DNA of 64,000 bases from Lama guanicoe. Taxonomy: Eukaryota. Position numbers and translations under genes: made by a program. Every line of letters starts with the position of its first letter. Positions within the stretch are counted from its first letter, which is position 1. The stretch covers positions 2,853,104 to 2,917,103 of the forward strand of contig MU054098.1 of the NCBI GenBank assembly GCA_013239625.1, in the 5' to 3' direction. A model generated the notes under the pieces. It searched no databases. It worked only from the letters and a program-made list of their open reading frames with translations, and had not been told where the DNA came from. This document shows, piece after piece, positions 1 through 14,639 of the stretch.

Positions 1-740
1 ACCACATCAGGCTTTATATCAATGAGGTGACCTCTAGAAAGCCCCTATGTAACTTAAAGATGGGGGCTGATTGCCAGGGGAACCAACCATAATTTGAGCA
101 GTGGAACTTTCAGTTCCTCCCTGCCTCCCCTCACCTCACTTCAGGGGAGGAGAGGGTCTGGAGGTTGAGTTAATTGCCAACATCCAATGACTTAATCAAT
201 CATGCTTATGTAATGAAACTTCCATAAAAATCCCTGAACTATGGAGTTCAGGGAGCTTCCCAGTTGGTAAATACTTGGAGGTGCTGGGAGAGTGGCTCTC
301 CTGGAGAAGGCATGGAAGCTCCACACTCCCTCTCATACTTTGCCCTATACATGTCTTCCATTTGGCTGTTCCTGAGTTATATTCTTTTATAATAAACTGT
401 TAATCTAGTAAGTAAAATATTTTCCTGAGTTCTGTTAGCTGCCCTAGCAAACTATTGAACTTGAGGAGGAGAAGATGAGAACCTCCAATCTATAGCCAGT
501 TGGTACAGGTAACCTGAAGTTGTGACTGGCATCTGAAGTGGGGATGGGGGCAGTATTGTAGGACTTAACATTCTAGCTGTGGGATCTGATGCTATCTCCT
601 AGTAAACACAGGACATCCAGCTAGTGTGGTAGACCTGCTTGATGTGTGGAAAACCTACACATCTGGGATCAGAAGTGAAGTAATTTTGTAATAGAGTATC
701 GAGAGTAGAGGAGACATAGAGTAGCATGATTTTTCTTTAC
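1..740 (+). mobile_element. MER21-like LTR (cut by window start)
   Basis: Recognisable MER21-type text (gacttaatcaatcatgcttatgtaatgaaac...ggcatggaagctcc...ggctgttcctgagtt...aataaac). Related copies at ~9260 and ~32030. Confidence 0.7.
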
Positions 741-797
741 ATCTACTAATGTTTAGAGGAGAATAAATGCCAGCACTTTACAAATCTTCCAAAATAT

Positions 798-3700
798 TGT
801 TAAAAGATAAATTTCAAGAGTTTATTTGAGCAAACGTCAATTCAAACTGGATAGTGCCAAACTGGAAGAGGTTTGGAGCATTCTATAGACAGGAGCTAGG
901 GGCAAGGTTTTTATAGCGATATGACAGCAAGGCAAGGAAATTATTTAATTGGTTATATCTTAAGCAACTCTTTGGGAAGCCTAATTGGCTGTTTGTGATT
1001 GATTGTTCTTCTTAACCTTGAGACATTTACAGGAATTGACTCTGGTTTAGATGTCAGTTTGCTTACTCAGTCTACCAAATCATTAGAGTAACTTCAATCT
1101 AAGGGTCTCCTTGTTTGATTACTTTAATAATTTCTCCCTTTTGGTATTAGCATCACTCTCAGTCACTACTAGGTTTAAAATGTTCTTGTTTTGTGAAATT
1201 TGTTGTGAAACTCATAGGTTATGATGTCAGGATTGTGGAAGAATTGTTTTTGCTGTTCATTTTGTTTGTTTCTCCAAGAGTGAGACCACCTGCTGCACTG
1301 CTGATGGCTGTGAACGTGTATTTAAGATCCCTGAGAGAACACAGAACATCAGAGAGACTGTAATGATGACTATCAGGAGGGTAATACCAAGAGACTGAAG
1401 TATGCTGCTTAGCCAGGACCCTCATGAACCAAACCAGTTGATACCTAGGAAGTTAAAGAATGTACCTGAAGAGGCATCTACCTGTTCTAGCCAAGTGGCT
1501 TATTTGTTAATTCCTTTTATTTGCACTGTATCAGAGGTGTCAACCCAGGTACAATACAAGGTATTTTTCTATGGCACAAATTCCTCCTTGTTTAGCCAAA
1601 GTACTGTAAAGGAATTCTGCTATCTAAAATCACCATAGCAAGAAAGCCTAGGGACTTTTATTGTGCAGCTATGGCCTTATTGTTAGATTTAGCAATAGTT
1701 GCCAGAGTTAAGGAGCATCATCTTCCCATGAATTAACATAGAGAAAAAGCAAATAGCAAAAAGGCAAACGGAACAGAGTTTTCATATTAAAGATGAAAGT
1801 CTTGATCTGTGATCTTGGGAGATCTATCTACCTCAAGATGTCATCTGCTTCTGGGGAGGAACTTCCCTAATTAATTTTAATTTCAGATCTCCAGTTGGTG
1901 TGCAGTTCCAAGAGTGGAGGAATTCTTTTTAACTGGGATATATGGACCCAAGTTTCAAGGCCCTGAAGTTTGGTGCCATCTGGGTAGTAAGGAGGACCTA
2001 GTATGATCCCTTTCAACAAGAATCAAGGGCACTTTGTTCTTAGTGATTCCAAGTCAGAAAGGTGGGAGAAAGTTTGAAATGTTCATTTGGAAAATTGTAA
2101 CCAGATATTTAGGGAAACTACAAAAATTCAGGATTCAGTCCACTTTACAGATAGACAACAAAGCCTCAACAAATAATTAAAAAACAGGACAAGAATCTAA
2201 TATCTGTAGGTGTATTATAGTTTTCTAATGAAACATGAGTTTTTATCTCTACAATCACTTCTATTTCTAGCAAAGATAATCACAGTAAGATTAATTTGTT
2301 TGCAAAATAAGTGTAGTCTTACTAAACTTAGCCTATTTACATAAGCACAGTAAGAACAGTGATATTTTTAAGTCTTCTTCGCTAGAACTTTTCATAAGGA
2401 ATCTCAGACTGGATTTTAAAAAGCCTCTCAAGACTAGAAAGCTAAGCCAAGAACTTGCCAGATGTTACCTGAAATACCTGGGTGAATTCCTCTTTTCCTG
2501 AGGTCCCTAAAATATCCTGGCGTAACTGGGGCTTCAGGAAGTGACCTTTACTCATCTGTTATGGCTGGGAACCCTGTAAGCAAGATACCACATGGTTTTC
2601 CAAAGGGCTTTATTGGCTCCCTGAAGTCAACGTTAGTTCCCTAAGCTATCTGGTCATATTTGATTGAGCACATCATTCTCAAATATGACATTCCAGTCAA
2701 AGCCTTGGTAACATAACCAGTATTTTGAATTGTGTCCTGTTTTAAGGAGAAGATTTTTATTGGATGTATTCAAATAACTTTATTGTCATAAAAATTAAAA
2801 AATTCACTAAAAGTTTCCAAATTCTGAGGGATCAGATAGGGAGAAAAAGATATGTATTTTAATCCTGTTTACAAAGGTAAAATTTACCAAGTTACTGTAA
2901 GTTACAGATAGCTTAAAAGGTAAGAGGATAATATTTCTTTAAATATGGAAAATAAAACATTAAAGAACCAGTACTGTTTTAAACAAAAAGTCATAAAAAT
3001 TATAGTCGTCCTCATCAGTTCATTTAAACCCATGTTAACTCTTATCCTGCTTGAATCCAATTTTTCCATTAGTGTCCTGGAGATGCTTACCCAGTTCAGT
3101 GTTACAAACTTAGTTATCAGAAAAATGTATTCTAGAATACTTGTCAGTGTCCTTTCCTGAATCTCTCTGAAGATGAAGTAATTCTGCAAAAGCACCAGAG
3201 TAAAATAAATGACTGTCTATAAATGAAAACGTAATTTTTAAAATGGCCATGGTTAAAGATCTGATGAGACTTCATTTGAAAAGGAAATTTAGTTATTTCT
3301 GTGGCACATGATAATTAATAATTGGACAATAAGGGTATTGACAAATTTCTGTGAACTTCAAGCAATTCTAGAAAACCTATACTTAACATATATCCATGTA
3401 TAACCTAAGCAGGCTTATTCTTTCTTATTTGACAATGCTTCCCATGTAATTTAACAAACCAAATATACCTATTTTTTTTATTGAGGAATAGTCAGTTTAC
3501 AATGTTGTGTCAATTTCTGGAAACTAATTGTTTTAACATCTGTCTTTTATAAGGTGAGAGAGAAATCTTTTGAGATTTTCCAAGGACCCTCTGGAAAATC
3601 TCAAAAATAGTTTGAGGTAAAAAAGACTCCATTTAGATTTTGATTTAGGAAAGTTGTCAAGAATGTCAAAAAGTTTGAACATTTGATTAAATAGTATCAC

Positions 3701-6700
3701 AGATCACTATGAAGCAATACTTAATTACCTATTTAACCAAAGTGACAATAAAAGATTTTTAATGCAAATACAAAATTGTGAGTAAAATGTAGCTCTCTTC
3801 ATATTGAGAAGACTCAATTCTCCCATGTAATCAAAGAGCTGAAAAAGACAACGTGAGGCACAAAAATCTATTCTGGTAAGACAAAATCTTTGTTTTCCAG
3901 GCAGATTACCCAAAAGGTAAAGACATTTCACAATCTTTTATCAAGAGCAGACCAATAGTCCAAAAGACTTTTTCTTTTTATCAGAGAAAGCCAAACACTA
4001 ATTTTGCACCAGTGTGCTTCTGATATTAAGGCTTATTCTTTAAAAATTTGTAAACAAATCCATTCTGATCTTAGTCAGCTAAGACCACACATACAATTTC
4101 TTTCGCAAGATTCCTTTTCCTCAAACTTTCTATCCGTTCAGTTTTTTTTTCCCCTGTATTTTCCTCTTTCTCATTCTGGAACACCTACTCATTCTACTTT
4201 AGGACAAAATTACTCTTTTCCCTTAACAAAAACATGTCTTTCATACCTTTCCTTATCCAAAATACACATCCTACTTTCCTTACCTAAGTTTTGTACACTG
4301 TTGTTTCCTTTCAACCTTATTATTTCTAGTAGTTTTAATTACATATATTGATTAGCATTCTTAACCCTTAGAAACCTTAATTTCTAGTGAAACTAAGAAA
4401 TAAGCAATTGTGGACTTCCTGTTATACAAACATTATATGGATTGGGATATTTATAAATATATTTCATAATTTCCAAAAGTATATTCTTTCTCACAGTAAA
4501 TTTTTCAATATAACGTAACACGTTTGCTGATGGATCCAAATATCTTCAGTTCCGTTATAATAAGAAGCCAAAAGTAGTTAAACCTATGCTCAGTAGTTTA
4601 ATGTAACAGTAAAATACTTATTTGAAAATGGTCTAGATATTCAGTGAATATCCATCATTAATTAGTACAACTTTAAGGTTTCAAATTACCAAACAGATTT
4701 TTGAAACTATTTTTAAGTAGACATATCATAAAACATAATTATTGTTGAAAAGTTCATATATAAACTTTTACCTTACATCTATATAATTCATCTCCTCTTA
4801 ACAATTATGTTTAGATTAGTCATGAAAACTTCATGAGACAATAAACAGCTAACCATCTTCTTATGTTATTTCTCTTGCTAACAAATTGTGTAACAGAGAT
4901 AACATAACTTTTAGTAAACGTGTGTAGAATAAAAGTTGCATGTTTGCCTTATATTTAATGTTGATAACTCTGAAGATATGCCTGTTTTAATTAAACCCAC
5001 AAACTTTAACTAGCTTTTATTTACCAAAGATTATCCTAGATCACATGAACTTGAAAAACATTTGGGTTAGTTTCTATATTTCTGAGAGAATATTTAATTT
5101 ATATAAGAGCTTATTTTTCCACAACTCAATTAAATAGACTTCTTTAAAAATTAATTTTGGCAATACCATCTGGAGGTTGAAAAATCACACATCTATAACA
5201 CACATATAGGACATACATAAACATACAAACAAAAGCAAAGATTTTTACAGTTTTCATTTCTAAATTTTAGCCATGAGACAGGTACAATAATGAAAAATTT
5301 ACTGGTTTATAAAAAAAAACAGTTGGATCCAAATTGTTTTTCTGGCCAATGGAATAAGTTAAGGTTACCCACTCTGGTGGTTTAAGCTTTTTACTAATAT
5401 TTTTGGAGAAGACTTTACATTTTTCATTCACCTAGTTTCCAAATAGCTTTTTTTATCCCTTCTGATAAGATTATCTCTCTGACATTTGCATTTCAAAGAG
5501 ATGGTTCATAATTCCTAGAGAAGACTCTGGTAGAAAAATCACATCTCAAATGCACAGAGAAAGGATGTAAGTTTTCTCCAAGAAAGGATTTTTTTTTTTA
5601 ATGTTCTGATCTTTTATAGTATCTGTAAGCATTTTTGAGATGAATGGGGAAGGTTTAGAATTTGGTAAAAAAAAGGATAGGTGGGCTTTAAATTGCCTCT
5701 AGAGCCATATTTCTGTTCTTCAAAAGACTCAATTTATAAGACAAGTAGAACTGTTTTAAATTCCTCAAGGAATTGGATTGAAACCTGAATGATATCAAGG
5801 GGCTGACCCACCCAATCAACTACAATATCTTCAGTTTGCTTCTTTATATCATGGAGAAGATAACCAATTAAGATGGAAATCAAGATTCCTATGTTCTAGA
5901 TTTAGAGCGGTGTGTCTTTGGAATGTTTTAGTAAGTCTATCCATAAAGACTTTAGGATGTTTTGTTTTGTTTTCTCCCCTCTGCATCCATAGTTTCATTT
6001 TAGCTTAGGGAAGAAGGCCTAAAAATGTTCCTGTCAAGCTGAATATTAGCTTCCAATTTGGGAAACTTCTGACCAAAGAGTTCCTTTTAAAGAAACATTT
6101 TCTCAAATATCTTTCAATCAAGTGCATACCTATCAAGTTACTTCAAACCAAAATCAATCAGCCTTTTATGGCTTAACCATGGACACAAACAGCACTCCCA
6201 AAGAGCGTAAAAGATGTAGTTCTCCCATGATCCAGGACCACTTGCAAAGATAATCAAAAGGAAGAAAGACCTGGACAATTTCCCTGAGAGCTGGCAACAA
6301 TCAGTAGGACACTAGCCACAAATGGAGTGCAATCCACATTTCTGTCTGGTCATAGTCCTGGGGTCCCAAGCATAACAGTAGAGCTGCCTGTACATGCAAG
6401 CAATGACAACTTGTATGTCCCAATGGGAAGAATGCCAAGTCCTCAGTACATAAAATGAGAGACAGACAGGAAACCAATAGTTGTTCCTGGGAAGGAAATC
6501 ATCAATAGCAAATAAGTACTCCAAAAGCATACTCACAGAAGTCTGAATTTGGGAAAGAAACATCATGAAATTTTACTTTTCCCTAACTAGACACTACAGA
6601 TCAAGATCCAGGAGAGCTGACTTTGGTAAGAAATCTTATCCTTCACTGGCTTCTGTCAGTTTTCCCAGGATCCCATCTTCAGGCTCCAGAGCAAGTATCT

Positions 6701-7633
6701 GGGTCACCAGAAATTATAGGGGAGGAAAAATAATTTTCTCTACCCTTCTGAGTGCTTGGCTAAGATCCTTTTTGCTCTAGGGTACCTTGTAAATGAATGA
6801 ACTCATCTAGGTTAAAAGCTTCTCACTGTGGTCACTGTAATTAAAGATTATCTTTGGTAAGGTTAAACCATTTGTTCAAACAAACATCGATTCTGGGCCT
6901 GTAATTTTTATACATATAGTTAGCTGGAATCTCACATGGAGGAGTCCCAGACTGTGAACTTGAAGAAACCCATTTTCTATCTTTTCGTCTTAAAATTTAT
7001 TTACCTGAAGCCTCACACTGGCCCAGTCCAGTTTAAGTCAGACCTAGTTCAATTGCAGACCTGGTCTCAAAAAAGAAATACTCAAGTAAAGTCAGACTGC
7101 TCATAATGCAAAAGCTGTAGAGCTCTGATATCCAACAGGGACTTATTCATGACCTCCAGACCCAGCAAGAAAGCAGTGAGCACACTGGGATCAGCAGATG
7201 CCTACTCATGCTCATTACTCATTGCTCCCTAGGGCCATTAGCGGTCTCCTTTGGATCCTACTTGTGACACCAAGACTGTTAAAACATCTATTGAAGCATA
7301 TTAAAAATTTTAAGAGTCTACCTGATCAAACATTGATTTGAATTAAGCTGTGCCAAACTGGAAGTGATTAGAAGCACTCTACCAATAGTACCTACAGCAA
7401 AGACTTTATGGAGAAGACATGGAAGTGAAGCCCCCCCCAAAATTATTTGATTGGCTATAGCTTAAGTGGTTGCATTATTTAGGAAAGCCCAGTTGGCTGC
7501 TTATAATTAGTTATTCTTAACCTTGAGGCATTTACAGTAATTGACTCTGGCTTAGGTTTTGGTTTGCTTATATAGGCTACTGAATCATAGAGTCATCTTA
7601 GTTTAATGCTTTCCTTGTTTCATTACTGAAACA
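798..7633 (-). mobile_element. Non-coding ERV provirus with two LTRs (798-1129, 7277-7633) and MER4-group-like internal sequence
   Basis: Two diverged direct repeats of ~330-355 bp starting TGTTAAAA. PBS-like TGGTGTCACAAGTAGGAT (7272..7255, tRNA-Leu-like) next to the right LTR. Polypurine tract AAAAGGGAGAAA next to the left LTR. Interrupts an L1 ORF2 that resumes at 7634. Possible TSD atat/gtat. Confidence 0.8.
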
Positions 7634-9245
7634 GTATAGAAGGGGAATATTTCCCAATTAATTCTATGAGACCAGTATCACTCTGATATCATAACAAGAC
7701 TAGGTACAGTAAGAAAACTACAGGCCAGTAATTTTTATGAATACAGATGCAAAATCCTCAACAAATTACCAGCAAGTTGAATCCAGCAATATATAAAAAG
7801 GATTGTATACAATGACCAAGTGGAATTTATCCCAGGAATTCAAGTTTGGTATGAGACACAAAAATATTTCAATATAAATCACCATTTTAATATAATGAAG
7901 GCCAAAACCCACATGATCATCTCAATAGATGCATAAAAAACATTTGACAAAATCCAGCACTTTGTCATGATAAAAATATTCAACAAACTAGGAATACAAG
8001 GGAACTTCCTCAACTTGATAGAGGAAATCTACCAAAAACATGCAACTGACATCATACTGTGATGTGAAACACTAAAAATTTTCCTTCTAAGAACTGAAAC
8101 AAGACAAGGATGTCTTCCATTGCTGTTTTCTAGAGGTTGTACTAGAAGTTCTGGCTAAGGCAATTAGGCAAAAATAAATAAATAAATAAATAAATAAATA
8201 GGCATCCAGTTAGGAACAGAAGAAGTAGAAAGATCTCTGTTTGAAGATAAAATAATCTTGTACATAGCAAATCCTAAGGAATTCATTAAAAAGCTATGAG
8301 AACTAACACATTAGTGGAACACTGTAGCAGGATACAATATCAATATATAAAATCAATTGTATTTCTTTACAATAAAAATTACCCATCTGAAAATGAACTG
8401 TAGAAAATGATTCTACTTATGACATCAAAAACAAAAACATTTTTAGGGATATGTTTAACAGAAGAAATTCCAGGCTTATAAATTGAAAATACAAAATGTT
8501 GTTGGGAAAAATTAAAGAAGATCTAAATAAATAAAAATAAATCCCATGTTCATGGATTGAAAAACTATGCTGTTCTAATGGCAATATTTCCTAATTGATC
8601 TACAGATTGAGTGCAATCCCTATCAAAATCCCATCTGGCTTTTATATAGGAAATGACAAGGCAATTTCTAACTCAAAGGATCCAGAATAGTCAAAGTAAT
8701 CGTAGAAAGAATAACACTGGGTATCTCATACTTCTTCATTTCAAAACTTACTACAAAATGACAGAAATCAAGCGTGGTACTACCTTAAGGATAGATACAC
8801 AGATCAATGGAAAAGAATTTAGAGTCCAGAAGTAAACCTTCACATTTAGGGTCAACAGATTTTGGACAAATGTAACAAGACAATTCAAAAGGGTAAAGAA
8901 TAGTTTTAAAACTAATAGTGATAGAACAATTGGATATCCAGATGCCAAAGATTGAATATAGACCACTACATCATACCATACACCAAAATTAGCTCAACAT
9001 GGGTCATAAGTATTAGTGCAAGAGCTACAATTATAAAACTCTTAGAAGAAAACATAGGAGTAAATCTTCATGACTTTGGGTTTCACAACGTTTTCGTAGA
9101 TAAGATAACAAAAGCATATGTGACAAAAGATAAGATACATTAGAAATCATCAAGATGAAAATTTCTTGTGCATCAAATAATACCACTAAGAAAGGTGAAA
9201 AGGCAGCCCACATAATGGAAAAAAAATACTTGCACATCATTTATT
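7634..9245 (+). mobile_element. Old L1 (L1M) ORF2 fragment, continuation of 745-797
   Basis: A-rich L1 ORF2 text. ORF track fragments such as FKTYYK and IKLLEENIGVNLHD. (AAAT)n at ~8171-8200. Confidence 0.85.
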
Positions 9246-9259
9246 CAGTTAGGAACTAA

Positions 9260-9790
9260 TTGGGCTGGAGATTGAGTTCAAGCACCAACAGCCAATGATT
9301 TAATCAATTATTACCATAAACTATCCTAAATGACAGGGTTTGGGAAGCTTCCAAGTTGGAGAACACATGAATGTGCTGGGAAAGTGGTGTGCCTAGAGAG
9401 GGCATGGAAACCCTGCACTTCTTCCCCCCAGTACCTTCCCCTACGGCTCATTTAGCTGTTCCTGAGTTGTATTATTTAAAATAAACCAGTACTTGTATCT
9501 AAAGCATTTTCTTAAGTTCTATGAATTGTTCTAGTAAATTACTGAAACTGAGGAGGGGGTCATGGGAACTCCCAAATTTGTAGTCGGCCGAGCAGAAGTG
9601 TAGGTGGCCAGGGCACCCCACCTGTGGCTGGTGTCTGAAGTGGGGATATTATTATAGGACTGAGCCTTTAACCTGTGTTAGTGTCAGAATTGAATTGAAC
9701 TGTAGGATACCCAGCTGGTGTTGAAGAATCATAGAACTGGGTGGTGTTCAAAAACACACTGTCTTTGGTGTCAAAGTGGTGTCAGATAAT
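9260..9790 (+). mobile_element. MER21-like LTR fragment
   Basis: Homologous to 150-650. Ends near tggtgtcaaagtg (PBS-Leu-like). Confidence 0.7.
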
Positions 9791-10262
9791 ACCACTCATG
9801 GTGAAAAGCAACTGAGAGGACACTGATAGATCCATTGGAGATATAGACTAAACTGTAGGTCAGCTCATTTACAGAGAGAACCTGGGAAAGAGAGCTAGGA
9901 GGAGACCTGGGAGCAGAACTAATTTCAGTCTGCAGAACAATTTACGCCTCAGGGTATTGTTGAAAACAGTAGAGCAATCAGCAGGCCAGTTGGTGTTGGA
10001 GAATCAGAAAACTGGTTGATGTTGAAAAACACACTGCCTTTGGTGTCAAAAGTGGTGTCTGATAATACTACTCATGGTGGAAAGCAATTGAGAGGACACT
10101 GATAGATCCACTGGAGATAGACTAAACTGTAGGTCAGCTCATTTAGCAGAGAGAACCTGGGAAAGAGAAAGCTAGGAGGCCTGGGAGCAGAATGAATCTT
10201 GGTCTGCAGAACAATTTATGCCTCAGGGCATTGTTGAAAACATTAGCAGGCAATTACTGGTG
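9711..10262 (+). repeat. Tandem duplication, two copies of ~275 bp
   Basis: 9711-9985 is repeated at 9986-10262 (aaaaacacactg...gagaggacactgatagatcca...ttgttgaaaaca). Confidence 0.9.
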
Positions 10263-13200
10263 TTTTACAGCTATGTTTGGTCAGGGACTTAACCCTGCCA
10301 AAACCGCTGCCATCCCATTGTGACTGTGGGCATACCTAAAGCTGTGCCCACTAGGGAGCAACATAAGAGGTTTCCTCTTATGTTTGTGGGCACAGGCATT
10401 ATTTGTTTAGAGACTACCTGGATTATCAAAAATAATCTAAATTATCTAAAATACTACAGCTAGTCTCTGAGCAAATCATGAAAATAACAGTAACAAGCCC
10501 CAGATGGGGAGGGGGAGCCAATACCCAGAGATGCTACAATTTGTTATCTAAAATGTCCAGTTTCCAACAAAAAATTATGAGACTTGCAAAGAAACAGGAA
10601 AGTATGACCTATATATCAGGGAAAAAAGCAGGCAACAGAAACTGCCTGTGAGAATGACCAGATGTTAAATCTAACAGATTTCAAAGTAGCCACTTTACAT
10701 GCGATCACAGAACTAAAGGAAATCATGATTAGAGAAGTAAAGGAAGATATGATGACAATGTGAAGTCAATAAAGAGTTTTTTTTTTAAAAAGAACAAATG
10801 GAAATTCAGGAATTGAAAAGTACAATAATTGAAATGAAAAATTCAACAGTAGATTTAAATTGGCAGACTAGTGAACTTGAAGGTAAACTGATAGAGATTA
10901 ATCAATTTGAACAAGAGAGAGAAAAAAGGCTGAAGAAAAATGTATAGAGCCTCAGAGAAATGTGGGACACTATTAAAACACTACTTTGGCTAAAGAAATG
11001 ACTGCCAATAGTAACTTGAATCCAGAGGAAACAAGTGAAGAGATTCAGAAATGATACATTAAAAGCTTAATATAACAAAAGCTGTGAACATATACTAGCT
11101 TTCCTTTCTTCTGAGTGTTTAAAATATATAAATTTACATAAAGTAATAATTATAACATTGTATTGTTGAGTTTGTAAGACGTATAGGTATAATATATATA
11201 ACAATAAAAATCACAAAAGGGGGAAAAGGAATAGAGTTACATAGGAGTAATTTTCCTGTGTCTCACTAGCATTAAGTTAGTTAAATCTGAAGCTGATTCT
11301 GGTAAGTTAATATGTATATGGCAAATGCTAGAGCAAACACTAAGGAAATAACTAAAAAATATAGTAACAATTAATGAAATTAGAAGGCAAAATTAGAAAA
11401 TATTCACTTAATGCAAAAGAGAAATAGAGGAACAAAAAAAGATATGACACAGAGTAAACAAAAAGTAAAATGGCAGACATAAATCCAATTATATCAGTAT
11501 TAACAGAAATGTGAATGGATTAAACTATCCAATAAAAGGCAGAGTTGTCAGACTGGATATAAAAAATAAAATCTAGTAATATGCTATCTATAAGAGACAT
11601 ACTTTAAATTCAAAGATACACACAGATTGAAAGTAAAAGGATAAAAAAGACATATCATACAACAACAACCACAAGAAAGCTGGAGTGGTTACAGTAATAT
11701 CAGACAAAATACTTTAAAACAAAAATGTTTGTAGAGATAAAGAGGGACATTTTATAATGAAAAAAGGGTCAATCCATCAGGAAGATATAACAGTTATATA
11801 TCCATCTTATAAGAGAGCATCAAATACAGGAAGAAAAATTGACAAAAATAAAGGGAAAAGTAGACAATTCAATGACAATAGTTGGAGACTTTCAATTTTT
11901 CATAATGGATAGAACAACCAAGCAGAAGATCAAAAAGAAAATAGACTTTAAAAACACTATAAACCAACCAGACCTAGACCTAATAGACCTCTATAGAAAA
12001 CTCCATCCAACAACAATGTGACATACTCCAAAACAGACCATATGGACCATATGCTAGGCAGTAAAACAAACCATGATAAATTTGAAAGATTAGAAGTAAT
12101 ACTAAGTATGTTTTCTGCTATCGTGGAATGAAAGTAGAAAACAAAAACAGAAAGAAATTTGGTAAAATCACAAATACATGGAAATTAAACAGCACACTCC
12201 TAAATAACCAATCGATCAAAGAAGAAATCACAGGAGAAATTTAAAATATACTGAGATGAATGAAAATGAAGATACAACATACCAAAACTTATGGGATGCA
12301 GCTAAAGCAAGGCTTAGAGGGACATGTATTGTTGTAAATGCCTATATTTAAAAAGAAGAAAGACTTCAAATCAATAACCTAAACTTTTACCACAGGACCT
12401 CAAAAACAGAGCAAACTAAACCTAAAACAAACAGAAGGGGGGGCACAACTCAGGGGTAAAGTGTGTGCCTAGCATGCACAAGGTCCTGGGTTCAATCCCC
12501 AGTACCTCCAATATAAATAAATAAAAACCTAATTACCTCCCCCCCAAACAAAATTTAAAAATGTTAAAAAAAAGACAGAAGGAAAGAAGTGATAAAGACT
12601 AGACAGAAACTAATAAAACAGAGAATAGAAAAATAAGAGAGAAAATCAATAAAACCATAAGCTGATTCTCTGTAAATATCAACAAAATGGACAAACCTAT
12701 AGATCAATTACCCAGGAAAAAAAGAAAGAAAACTCAAACTACTAGAGTCAGAAATGAAAGAGAGTACATTCCCGCTGACTGTACAGAAATAAAAGGATTA
12801 TGAAGGAATACTAAGAATAATTGTATGCCAATACGTTAAATAGCTTAGATTCAATGAACAAATTCCTAGAAAGACACAAACTACCAAAACTGACTGCAGA
12901 CAAAATGGCAAATATGAATATACTTACAATAAGTAAAGATAATTAATTAGTAAACAAAAAGCTACCTAGAAGGAAAAGTCCAACTCCAGATGGCTTCACT
13001 GTTGAATTCTGCCAAACACTTAAAGAAGAATTAATACTACTTCTTCACAGACTTTTCCAAAAAATAGAAAAGGAGAGAATACTTCCTCACTTATTCTATG
13101 AGTATTATCCTGTTACCAAAACCATACAAAGACATCACATGAAAAGAAAACTACAGACTAATATCTCACGTAAATACGGATGTAAATCCATCACAAAAAT

Positions 13201-14638
13201 ATGAAAAACGGAATTACACCATGAGCAAGTGGGATTTATTCCAGGAGTGTGAGGTTGGTTTAATATCCAAAAATCAATCAATGTACAACACCATATCAAT
13301 AGAATAAAACACAAAAACCACATGATAATCTGAAAGGGTACAGAAAAAGCATTTTAAAAAATCCAATCTCTTTTCATGATAAAAACACACAACACACTAG
13401 AAACTAAAGACAACGTCCTCAACCTGGCAAATGGCATCTATGAAAAATGCACAGCTAACATACTTAATGGTGAAAGATTAGATGTTTCCCCTTAAGATCA
13501 GAAACAATACCAGGATGTCTGCTCTTTTGACTTCTATTACCATTATGCTAGAGGTTCTAGCCATGGTAGCTAGGCAAGAAAAAGAAATAAAAGGCATCCA
13601 GATTGGAAAAGATAGAAGTAAAATTATCTTTTTTCACAGATTATATGATTTTATATATAAAATCCTGAAGGATCTACTAAAAAAATTACAACTAACAAAT
13701 GTGTTCAGCAAGGTGGCAGGATATAATTTCAATATACAAAAATTAATTGTATTTCTATACGCTTACAATGAACAATACAAAAATGAAATTAAGAAAGCAA
13801 TTCCATTTACAGTAGCATCAAAAAGAATGAAAAACTTGGTGATAAATTTAACAAAAGAAGTGAAAGAATCGTACATTAAAAATTAAGAACATTGTTGAAA
13901 GATCTAAAAATGGAAAAACATCTCATGTTCATGGATCAGAAGACTTAATTTTGTTAAAATGACAATAATCCCAAAGTGATCTACAAATTAAACGCAATCC
14001 CTATCAGAATCTCTGTGGACATCTCTGCAGAAACTGACAAGATAACTCTTAAATATTCAACATAGAACTATCATATGACACAACAATTCCACTCCTAGTT
14101 ATATACACAGGAGAAACAAACACATACATCCACAAAAACTCGTATATGAAAGTTTATAGCAGCATTATTTATAATAGCCAAAAGGTGAAAACATTCCAAA
14201 CGTCCATCCACTAATGAATGGATTTTAAAATGTGGTATATCCAGATGATGAAGTATTATTTGGCTAAAAAAACAATAAAGTACCGATACATGCTACAACA
14301 TGTATGGACCTTGAAAACATTTCGCTAACTGAAAGAAGTCAGTCACATATTACATGATTCCATTTATATGAAAGGTCTAGAATAGGCAAATCCATAGAGA
14401 CAGGAAGTAGAAGAGTTGTTTCCTAGGGTTGCGGAAGATGAGGGGGATGTAAGGTGATAGCTAAAGGGCACGGGCTTTCATTCTGAGATGATGAGAATAT
14501 TCTAATACTGACTGTGATGATGGTTATACATTATCTGTGAATATACTAAGAACCACTGAACTGTATACTTTCAATGGGTAAATTGTATGATGTGAAACAT
14601 ATCTCAATGAAACTGTTAAAAAAAAAAAAAGAAAAAAA
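10263..14638 (+). mobile_element. L1MB-like LINE-1, internally deleted, with 3' end and A-tail
   Basis: Degenerate ORF1/EN/RT text (IVGDF, FPLK...LEVLA...RQEKEIKGIQIGK, FSKVAGY). L1MB-type 3' UTR ending aatgaaactgtt(A)n at ~14638. Confidence 0.85.
12437..12573 (+). mobile_element. tRNA-Ala-derived camelid-type SINE (Vic-1-like)
   Basis: gcatgcacaaggtcctgggttcaatccccagtacctcc followed by aataaa...cctaattacctcccc and an A-tail. TSD acagaagg. Confidence 0.8.
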
Positions 14639-14639
14639 T

